Positions 23,901 to 35,700 of a stretch of 64,000 bases of DNA are shown one piece after another. Source of the stretch: Octopus bimaculoides (Eukaryota); assembly GCF_001194135.2 (NCBI RefSeq), contig NC_068985.1, forward strand, positions 31,439,547-31,503,546. Direction: 5' to 3'. The first letter of the stretch is position 1. The number at the start of each line of letters is the position of its first letter. The notes beneath the pieces are model-generated. The model saw only the letters and a program-made list of their open reading frames with translations, searched no databases and was not told the DNA's origin. The position numbers and the translations under genes were made by a program.

Positions 23901-26900
23901 GTCCTCCCCTCAGCTGATCAGATCATTTGAATACAAGCCTGTCAAGTGAAAGTTTGTATTATGTTAGCATTGCTGTACTGTGTTTCTATTAGCTGCAAGG
24001 CATAGCATCAATACAGAATTCAGTTTTCTTATTTTGTATCTTTTACTTGTTTCAGTCATTGGACTGCTTCCATGCTGGTGCATTGCTTTGCTTTGAAGGA
24101 TTTAGCCAAACAAATTGACCCCAGTACTTATTCTTTTAAGTCCGGTACTTATTCTACTGGTGACTTTTATGAAACTGCTAAGTTATGATAATGTAAACAA
24201 ATCAGCATTCATCAAGTGTTTGAGTGGTGGTGGTGGTGGACACACGGACACACACACTCTCTCTCTCTCTCTCTCTCCCTCTCTCTTTAAAAGTTAAAAG
24301 CTTCAATGTACTTTGCTTACTTTCTAGGATGTGTCTAGGAAGCAATTTCATTGTTTAATTAATTTTGCTTCTTTTTCTTCCTTTCTTCTTTTTCTAAAAT
24401 AAAAAGGATTACAAGAGTGGCCGGACACCTTTATTCTTTGCTGTTGAAAACCAAAATCAAGACATTATAAAGTTATTGCTAGAGAATAAAGCTTCCATTG
24501 ACATCCAAAATTTTGCTGGTCATACTCCTTTTCTTGTTGCTAATGGTCGTAAATACCAAGAAATTTGTAAGTTATTAGTTGATCAGGGAGCAGATGCTCA
24601 TGGAATGGTATTTGATGATTTAGCCTGCAACTACAAGGTATGTTACTTTAATATCTTTTGAACTACAATAATTTTTATTTTGAATTTATTATTATTTTCC
24701 TACTGCTTTTTTTATATGTATCTATTTCTTGTAGCATTTTGCCACAAAATTCATTAAGATTGTTATTATGGTAACTTAATCAATTAATTTCAAAACTGGT
24801 AGAGCTTCCTAAAACTAATCATTCTTGCTACCTGTTACTTCTGCTAGATTAAATTTATCTATTTTTGTTAGAATCAATTGAGATTCTGTGAGTTTGTTCA
24901 TTTTTCATCTAAGTCACACTTGAATATTGTTAATATTTAAAGATAAATGTTGCTTAATACACATCCTGATTTATAAACAATAACAGAAAAAGATGTCTTG
25001 TATAAACAAATAAAAAATGCCTTATATAGACAAAGACCGAGGTATCTTATGTGTGAGATAAAGTGACAATATTAGTTTTTTATGCTATTGTTTGGAAGTA
25101 GTGTTTGTGTAACTTATAGTATATAAATTTAATGAATATTAAGAAATAAAGAATGCATGATAAAGAATATCAGCATATAGAATAATCACGAGTAGATTAT
25201 TGACATTATATCAAGAAATATCTATGTCTATAATGTAATTATAATTTTATTACTTTTGAAATTTGCTGTTCATTTATTCAAATTTTTTTTTCACTGTGTA
25301 ATAATATTTTCTATTTATTTTCTATACTTATGTTTAAAATGATTTCATTTTAGAACAACTGAAAGAATAATTTTTCCAAATTAATTATTTCAGACATCAA
25401 ATGTAAAGTATCAGTTGAAAAATAAATTAGTCGCCAACCAGTCTAGTTGAAATCATAACTGAAAATTTTATGGCTGTCTTGAGAATGGTTCTTTCAAGGA
25501 AAATTTGGGAAGTTATTGGACCCAGCTTGAAATTTTGGTTAGTGCTTCCTCACCGTTTTCTGAAACAAGCACTGAAGATATGCAGAAGGTTTACAATTTT
25601 TGTTATTGTTTTACTGTTTTAAATAATTAATATCAGTGTTTCATCATGTCATATCTTTGGCATTAGATGGGATAATTTAGATTAAAAAAATTGGTAAAAT
25701 ATTGCCAAAAATGATTGTAAAGCAGAAACAGAAAATAGAAAATCTGGTTGGAAGTAGGTGAATGAAATCATATGTAAGAGCTTTGGGTTTCATAGAGGAG
25801 ATAATACAGATTTGTCATGAATGGAAACCTGTTGCATTGTAGACCTCTCTCTGCAGTCATAGAAAATCAGATGTTAAATCAATAAAGATGACACACTATG
25901 CTTTATCATGTAGTGGCTAATCGTGATTTAGCATCCAGTAGATGTTTGTTTTCTATACCAGATTGTTTCTCTCCAAAGAGTTGTAGCTTCCTTTTTGTCT
26001 TAGACATTGCTACAGTTATTGATGTTATACATTTTATTGAATGTAGCATTGGTGACAGACATTGAGTAAAGTAAGGGATATCTCTAAAGTGCCTATAAAC
26101 TTTAGGGACTGCAACCTTTATATTTGGTATTCTATTATCAGATGTGTCTTAAGATTGAATGAATTGTTCAGCATTTGAGGTGTTGTCTATGCCTCTTCAA
26201 AGCAGAAATATACTACTAAGAAACAAATCTCATAGATATCAATCCTTTCATAGGTTTGTGTCATCGTGTTTTTTTAAAGAACTTTTTATGTAAGTAATAC
26301 TTTTTAATTGATGGAAGTCATTCTTCACATATTATGACCATATCTTTTATCTTCTACTTGTTTCAGTCATTAGACTGTGGCTATGCTGGGCCACATCACC
26401 TTGAAGAAATTTTAGTCGAACGAATCAACACCAGTACCTTTTTTATTTTTTAAACTTGGTACTAATTCTATTGGTCTCTTTTGCCTAACAGCTAAGTTAT
26501 GGGGAGGTAAAGACACCAACACCAGTTATCAAGTGGTGGTGGAGGACAAACACAGGCTTAAAGATAGATAGATAAATACAGTTAGGCTTGATACATATAC
26601 ATGGAGCACAAAATAACAGAGTATAAAATAAAGAAAATATATATATATATAAATTATGTAATGTCTTGTCTTGACAGTTGTTTCAGGGGGTCTAGAGTTA
26701 TGTAATAGCTATCATTCACTAGCGGTATGTGCATAATGTTATAGATATGCAACCAAAGACAAGTCCAGATGAGGTTATTGCAGTAAGTCTGGCTTCCCTT
26801 TTCAAGGGAAAACTGGAATCATCTGATAGTGCTTACAAATATAAAGGTCCAAAGGGAAGAGAGAGAGTAGATGGAAATAGCGAGATGGAGGAGGTACGTA

Positions 26901-28130
26901 AGAGGCAAGATAAGAAGAACAGCTCCAAAGAAGGCCAGACTTATTGTAATAACTTTGTCTGGAGTTGTCACTGGTTGCATACCTATGACATTATGCATAT
27001 ATCGCTTGTGAATTCTGGTTATTATATAATTCTGGGCTTGAAACAGCTTTCAAGATAAGACTTGACATAATTTTTCATTATGTATATTTTCTTTATTTAC
27101 AATCTGTATTTTGTGCTTCATGTAAATATATGTATCAAGCCTGCCCATGATTATCTATCTTATCATCTCCAAAGCAGCTCAAGGTGGATTTCTCTTATAG
27201 CCACTTTTGATGCTGTGTGTCTTACCCTTGATGGACAGAACTAAAGAGAAGTGTTCATCAGAAGAATCCATGAAGAGTTGTGGAAGCTCAGCCACAGAGA
27301 ATGGTATCCATACCTGTGAAGATGGTGAAGGACTTGCATGCAACTCTTCCCAGGCTCATTGAAGCAATTATTCATTTTAAGGGAAGCCACATGAAATATT
27401 AACAATGTACAGTAATTTCTTGAAATGAACATTATGTAATAAGTGTTCATTGTAGGCATTTTTCTGTTTTAAAACAGTTTCTTGATTGGTTTATGTGAGG
27501 TGGCCGAAAACTTTTGCATGGCCATCTTCCCTTCTAATTCAGAATGCCTACTACAAAATATAATGATTAGGTATGGAAATGACTTGATAAGAGCCAATGT
27601 TTCTTCTGTAGAAAACACAATGCGAAACATCCACTTATAAATTGGTAATTAGTAGAAATTTACAATAGTTTAAAGTGGCTGAAAACCATAAAAGTCAGGA
27701 GGCACGAGAGGTGATTTTATATTTATTTAATCATACGACATCTTTAAGATTACTGCTGTTTCGCAACCTTCTACTTGTAGAATTAATTTCAGTGTTGAAG
27801 AAATTATGCTTACATGTTTGCATTAATAATTTTATGGTATATGTAAACCTCTTGAAGTAATTTCATTGATTGAATCTTCTGGATTTTAGTTGCATGGACA
27901 CTCTACATTATATTTCTCAGTATTGGATTAGTAAGTGGACTTTTAACTGAGTCTGCAAATGGGGCTTTCTGTGATAGTCATGCCATTCTCTGAATCCATA
28001 TCTTATACTACTAATTTACACACACACACACACACATATATATACACATATGTATATATCTATGTAAATATTCTTGCATATATACACACACACACACACG
28101 CACACACATATATATACATACATCATACAT

Positions 28131-28182
<52 letters not shown>

Positions 28183-28422
28183 ATATATACATACATACAG
28201 TAATCCCTTGACTATCGCAGGCGTTATATTCCAAAATCTCTCGCGATAAGTAAAAATATGCAAAGTAGAAACTGTACTGTACTGTATATTTTTAAAAATT
28301 ATCTTTATAATTTGTATATATTTATTTTATTATAGATGCAAAACATCACCACAGAGGAATTGATGTAAGCTTAAATAATAAACCACAATAGGTGAACCAT
28401 GACATAGTGAGGGATTACTGTA

Positions 28423-28454
<32 letters not shown>

Positions 28455-29727
28455 CATACATATATTTATATATTTACACACACACACATATACACAATAC
28501 ACACATGCACATGTGCACATATATGTATATATGCATTTATGTACATAGTATGTGTTTGTGTGTCTATGTGTTATTTCTTTACTACCCACAAGGGGCTACA
28601 CACAGAGGGGACAAACAAGGACAGACAAACGGATTAAGTTGATTATATCGACCCCAGTGCGTAACTGGTACTTATTTAATCAACCCGGAAAGGATGAAAG
28701 GCAAAGTCGACCTCAGCGGAATTTGAACTCAGAACGTAGCGGCAGACAAAATACCGCTAAGTATTTCGCCTGATGTGCTAATGTTTCTGCCAGCTTGCCA
28801 CCTTGTGTGTCTGTGTGTGCATACATACACACATGTGCATGTATAGAAAACCGTTATTTTATTCCATATAGGTAGAAATTTAAAAAAAAAAAGTTGAAAA
28901 TGTACTGGGATTTGTTTAGATTTTTTACTTAAAAATTTTTTAAGACTTGACCCATTTCACAGATTTCTCTGATTTTTGAAAGTTGAGATAGAAAGATATG
29001 GAGTTCTGCTGCACTGTCTTTCTTCTGATTGGAATTCAAAATTCTCTTGTTTTTATAGAGAGAATATGGCTCGGATTAGTAAATGTTTTGGATGCGATTT
29101 GATTGGCTGAGGATGATCATATGATTAGCTTTAGAAATTTTTGTAAGTTATCCTATCCATTCTTTAATATCATGTAACAATATATTTGGTGCAGTAAGTT
29201 AAAGCTGCCACACTTGAGTGAACAGTTTGGGACTCTCACTAGACATGTATCAGCCTTAATTTGGGACTCTCACTAGACTGTATCAGCCTTAATTTTCAGT
29301 GCAAAAATATAGTCACATGATATTAACACATGGATGTAGTGGGGCCTCTGCAAAAATTTCTGAAGTTAATCATGTAATCATCCTCTTCCACAGTTGACAG
29401 ATTAAATTCAGACAGCCTTGATTGTTTTGGACTGTCACTAGACATGTTCAGTCAACTGTGATAGCTTGAACTTACTGTGCCAAACATATTGTCACAAAAA
29501 TTTCTACATCTAATCATGTGATCATTTTCAGCCAATCAGATAGTATCCAAAACAGATACTAATTTGAACTATGTCCTCTCTACAAAAACGAGAGAATTTT
29601 GAACTCAAATCTGAAGCAAGACAGTTGCAGCATCGCTCCACATCTTACTATTTCAACTTTTGAAAATCAGAGAAGTCTGTGAAACCAGTAAAATATGAAA
29701 ATCTAAACAAATCCCAGTCTATTTTTC

Positions 29728-29770
<43 letters not shown>

Positions 29771-32700
29771 GCATGAGCCCATAATTTTTGTATATGTCCT
29801 TTACAAAACTATTGTTGGATTCCATGTTTAACATGTTACCACCACCATACCATGTAATACATTTGATGGCTACCTGTTTCATAAGTAAACTAATGTTAAT
29901 ATACTTAGATCATGTCTTACCAAAAAGGCAATGAGAAATAAATATGTGACATGATAAAGTTGAAATTAATCAATGATCTAACATTATTTTTTCCAGGAAA
30001 CAACTCTGCACATGTTTTGGTTTTATTTTGATCTTATCAGCAAAATAGTGATGAATGAATCATTAAGTAAATGTACAAGATTGTATATCTATTTGCATAG
30101 TTTAGAAAATAAGTGATTCAGAGATACAATTTCATAGAAATGGTGAACAAATATGAATAAGAAGGCAATTACTGGTATATTTCATAAAGTTTTGTGAATG
30201 TGTATATTATTACCTCCATCTTAGCAAAGGCGGAGATATTGTTTTCAGTCATGTTTGTTTGTTTGTTTGTTTGTTTGTCTGTAGACAAGATATCTCAAGA
30301 ACCATTAGATGGGTTCAGATGAAATTTTCAGGGATGTTTGACCTTGTGACTCGCACGAACTAATTGCATTTTGGGATCGATCTGGTACCAGACAAGGATT
30401 CTGGATTATTTGTTATATTTACTTTACTTTACATTACAATCTTACGTTAACTTTCAAGTCTTTCTCAATTATCTCCCTTTAGGCTGTAACTATTTTGAAT
30501 GGTGAATTTGTTAACTTTGGCTTGTATTAGATAAGGATTAACTATTTATTACTGTTACTAAATTTTCTACAGCCACCTTCACATTCCATGTGTTCTCTGA
30601 GTGCTCTTGTTACTATTACTACTACTACTGCTACTGCTGCTGCTGCTGCTGCTGGCTGGACCAGTAAAAAATTCACAGAAAACAAAAAATGTAAGCATCT
30701 GTAAATTGTGTGCTGGTGCCATGAGAAATGTTTCTATATTGTGAAAGTTACAAAATATAGAAAGAAGTTTAAAACCGATAACTATATAATCCAACCAGAA
30801 TATCTCAGTTACGCAAACGTAAACAGAATTACTATTTAGCCTTAAAATACATCAAACATTTTCAAAGAACCTTCTTGGTTTAATGGTACAGAATGTCCCT
30901 CTGGTATTCTTTTATTCTTTTACTTGTTTCAGTCATTTGACTGTGGCCATGCTGGAGCACCACCCTTTAGTGGAAGAAATCGACCCCTGGACTTATTTCA
31001 TGTAAGCCTAGTGCTTATTCTATCAGTCTCTTCTGCCGAACAGCTAAGTTATGGGGACGCAAACGCACCAACATCAATTGTCAAGCAATGGTGGAGGGGG
31101 GGACAAACACTCACGCACATGACAGGCTTCTTTCAGTTTTTATCTACTAAACTACTGCAACAGTGATCAAAATCAGGATGTGAAACTTATGAAGCCAAGA
31201 GTTTACTTCTCTGACAGGGTACTCACCAAAATTATAAATATTAATATTTTATTATACAGAGTTTGAGGCATTTTATTTGAGACAAATCAAATGGATAACT
31301 AAGTAATGTAAGTTGAGTTAATAATAATAATAATAATAATAACAATGACAAAAACAACAGGAATAGTCCTTTTTACTGTAGACACAAGGCCTGAAATTTT
31401 GGGGTAGTGGGCAACATAATTGCATAGACCTCAGTACTCAACTGGTACTTATTTTATCTACCTTGAAAGGGATAAAAGACAGAATTTGATCCTAGAATGT
31501 AAAGACAAACACAATACTGCAAAGCATTTTGTCTTGGCAGACTAATTTTATTATTTTTATAATTATATTATGGACCCTGAAAGGATGAAAGGCAAAGTTG
31601 AAATCCACTGAGATCACCTTTGCCCTTCATCCTTTCAGGGTTGATGAAATAAGTACCAGTTACACACTGGGGTCAATGTAATTGATTTACCCCTCCCCCA
31701 AATTTCAGGCCTTGTGCCTATAGTAGAAAGGATTATTATTATTATTATAAACAATAATAATAATAATCATAATAATAATAATAATAATAATGATGATAAT
31801 AATAATAATAATAATAATGGTTTCAAATTTTGACCTATGGTCAGCTAGTTCAGTGGAGGGAGTGAATCAATTACATTGACCCCGTAAGGATGAAAGACCA
31901 AGTTGACCTTGGTGGAATTTTAACTCAGAATGTAAAGGCAGACGAAATCCCACTAAGCATTTTGGCTAGTGTGCTAATGATTCTGCCGACGCCGATGACC
32001 CTTTATATTATAGGCACAAGGCCTGAAAGTTTGGAGGAGGGGGTAGTTGATTACATTGACCCCAGTATTCAACTGGTACTTATTTTTCTGACCCCAAAAG
32101 AATGAAAGGCAAAGTTAACTTTGATGGAATTTGAACTCAGAACTTGGAAACAGACGAAATACTGCTAAGCATTTCACCTGGCATGCTAATGATTCTGCCA
32201 GCTCGCCAATAATAATAATAATGGCTATACAGTCCTATTATTGGACAGTCTTAGAGACACAGTCCTATTACTGAAGATGCTATAGTTATAAGATTGGAAC
32301 TGAATTCATCTTGTTTTAGGACTAATGTGATCTTTGTGAGTTTATTTTTCTTACTTGATGAAAATTTGAGAGAACTGATTATTACACTTAACTTGTGATA
32401 TCAGTTCTATCAAAGCTTCAACAACATTTTGAATAAAATTCGAAAGTAACACTCTACTGTGTAGATAAGAAAACTAACTCACTAAGATCATGTTAATCCC
32501 CAAACAAGTCAGCAGTGATAGTCAAAAGTGCATGCATAGGACACAGGCTAAAACACATGAACAGAGACAAAACAGTGAAAAAGGTAAAGAAAAAGGTTGT
32601 ATAGCCACATGAGGAATAATGCTGAAATTTTAGGAAGCATGGTATTTCTGAAGGATACAATGTTTTGACAATGAATAACTAATGCAGATAGTTTATTGCG

Positions 32701-35700
32701 TGTTTCATCAATACTGAGCATGAAAAAATGTTTCCAAAAATCATGGGTGCTGCACTGTTTTCTGTATTTTATAAGCATGTCCACAGATGATAGAGATATT
32801 GAATTAAAAAAGGTGACCAAAGTTATTGTTGGAAAGATGGTGATTAATCTTGTGGGCTTCTACCAAATCAGCTGCTGGATGTTGAAGCTTTAGTGTGTTG
32901 AAGGCTAGAAAAGCAAGATGTTCAAGATATGGTAAGTAACTGATGGAGAGTATTCATGTGATTGCATGTCTCTGAACAGCTTCTGGTAGATTGGTATTCT
33001 GGATAAAATGGGAGTTGCAGACTGGAAATGCAAACTCTAAATGTGGATGTACCATAGCTATATATAGCTGGTAAGCAGCTAACAATGGTCTTACTGAATG
33101 ATGCTATGGTATTTTCTGCTTTCTTTAATGATTTTAAAAATTTGGTGTGTCCAACATAGATCATTGTTGATAATAATGTCTAAGTCATGCTCACCAGCAA
33201 ACTTAAGGTTGGTCTTGTGGGGAGAGAGTAGATAAATTTCAGGTTTTCCTCCTAAAATGTGCACTGGTCTACAGTCAGCAATCCGTTGTTGCATTGTGTC
33301 CCCCGTCATAGGATGAAAGATATATAATGTATAGGATTTATTTTTTTTATATTTTCAAGGTACTGCTTAATGAGGTTTGTATATTTTATGCAGTAACATG
33401 CTTGAAATTGGTATCTATTTCATTAATATATACAACAGGAGACACTGGATGTCATTGTATATAGTGCAGAATGTTGCTATAGTACCCAAACTACTTCTTT
33501 TCAATTGATAGCGAAGAACTACAATTAGTTATAAAGCTTAGTCATCACACCCACTACAGAGAGATCCCCATAAGTCATTTGTTTCAAAGTTACTAAATTA
33601 TGACAGACACAACACAGAATTCTTGCTGGTAGCAACAAAACTTCTAAAATGGATGGAGAAAACTGGTTGGATCAACATTCTACCATTTCTTGGTACAATG
33701 GTAGAATGTTAGTTATATCTACAGAAAATGTGGGTTTGAGTCCTGTGTATAGGCTTTGGCTTTTTTATCCAAGGGTTTTTTAACCTAATATTTACATACT
33801 ATATTTATAGCTTTAGCTAGTTTGAGTTCTATTAAAAACAAATATTTCATATATATATTTAAGTCACAATATATGGATTCAACTAATCCAGTGGTACTCA
33901 TAAAAAACCTCCTTATCTTTGCATATGAAACAATTTGTTGTGATATTTGAATTTTCCAATGGTTAAATAAATTTCATCATACATTTTCTTTTGTCATTTG
34001 TAACATACACACACACACGTATGTATGTATATATACATGTACGGCCATATCACCAAATTGTCCACTGGCTTTGTACCTTTGAAGAATTGTGAAACGACAA
34101 CCCCTTCTTGAAAAACAGGGTTGGTGACAGGAATGGCATCCAGCTGTAAAATAAAATCTTCAATAACAGTCACCTAACTCAAGCTAGCACGGAAAAAAGT
34201 TATAAGAATGAAGCAAATATATGTACACATTGTGTGTGTGTCTATATACATACATAAATATGTATGTACACACACACACATACATGCACACAAACACATA
34301 CAAACAACAACACCAACACACACTTGTCATTTCACCTCTCGTACACTCATATGCACATATATACATGCAGGTATACACTGATATGCACATAGCCTCTCAT
34401 GACCAAGCACACATGCACATATGTCCATATACGACTTCACATATGCACATGTATATACACATGCACTCATATGCACATGCAAACATACATAGCCACACCC
34501 ACCCACTCACACTTTTCACCTCATCTCACCTCTTGACTGAATTGAATATCAGCCACCAAGCTGCATGTTGACTCACACCCTTATACATACATCACTCACA
34601 TAAACACAGATATTCCCACGCACACACATACACTGGCCATCTTCACATTCTCCTGTCCCAAAAAACCACTTTATCTCTTTTCACTTCTGGGCACTGCAGC
34701 AATGTAACTACACACATTCTATTGGTGATTTTCCTCCTTTTGGACTTTTCCCTTTCTGATGAAGAGCTATGCTTGAAACATCAAAAGCTCTCTTTTTTTA
34801 CTGAGTGTCAAACTAATACATTCCACGTGCACGTCCTCTTGTTTGTTTATTTGCTTTAACTATATACATATATGTGAAGGCAATGAACACAAAAGAAACA
34901 ACACAGGAGGGACAATTTCTAGCAAATGTATTAATGTAACACTTAAAAAGAAAAGAAAGGTCCTTGATGTTTTAGACACTAGTCCTTCATCAGAAGAAAG
35001 AAAACATATAAAAGAAGATGTGTGTGGAAAAGTGGTTCGGTGAATGCTGTTCTTTAAGAGGAGAAATGGTGTGTGCATATACAGGAGGCTATCTGTGTAC
35101 AGAAATGCTGTGTGGAAGTGTTTGTGGTGGTATGGGAGTGTGAGAAAGCATGCAAATATATGTTGTAGGGGAAGATGGTATGTAGGTGTAATCGCATATG
35201 TGGTGAATATATATGTAGGTATATGCACACATACACTCATATATTAAGTGATTCATCACTTTTTCAGAATAAGACTGAAAACGTGTGAAATTGTCTCCCC
35301 TACTATCCTTGGAAGATATCACTATATTGTTTTTTCTAGCTAACTTTTTTAATATTCCCTGTTTTAAATTTGCTGACATTATCCATTATCATGTTGCTGC
35401 ATTATCCATTTTCTAAAAAATGTATTTGTAATTTCCTTTGCCAATCAATGTATAATCTTGTCTATTTATTGATTTCTTCATCACTATACTTTGCTGAGGA
35501 AATCAGAGTAAGGCCAAAAAGATGCCTAGCATGTTTTTGGAAAATTGTAGTGTAATATTAATCATTGACTTTTTTCTTTCCTGTCACCATATATATTTCT
35601 ATTTTAAGCATGTCAGTATTAACTTGCATCTGGGTAATGTCTCCCAATTAATTATTCATTAAACAATTCTAGATATATCATTTTTATGACTGTAGAAGTA

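Noticed and set aside
25448-25462. Selenocysteine reading of the two TGA codons
   Set aside because: I found no SECIS-like element after 36951, the codons are not in a redox-motif context, and IkappaB proteins are not known selenoproteins.
28011-28642. ORFs rich in YIYI/CVCV/HTHT (also at 320, 34184-34571, 60337-60668, 63616-63921)
   Set aside because: These are translations of (TA)n/(CA)n microsatellites.
32789-32931. Apparent + strand exon ending GATATG|GTAAGT in the last BCL3-like intron
   Set aside because: The phase-0 frame required after exon 6 stops within 7 codons, and the region abuts a LINE remnant.
33680-33760. tRNA-like A/B boxes (also the SINE heads at 15141 and 19400-19487)
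   Set aside because: No cloverleaf; these are tRNA-derived SINE heads, not tRNA genes.
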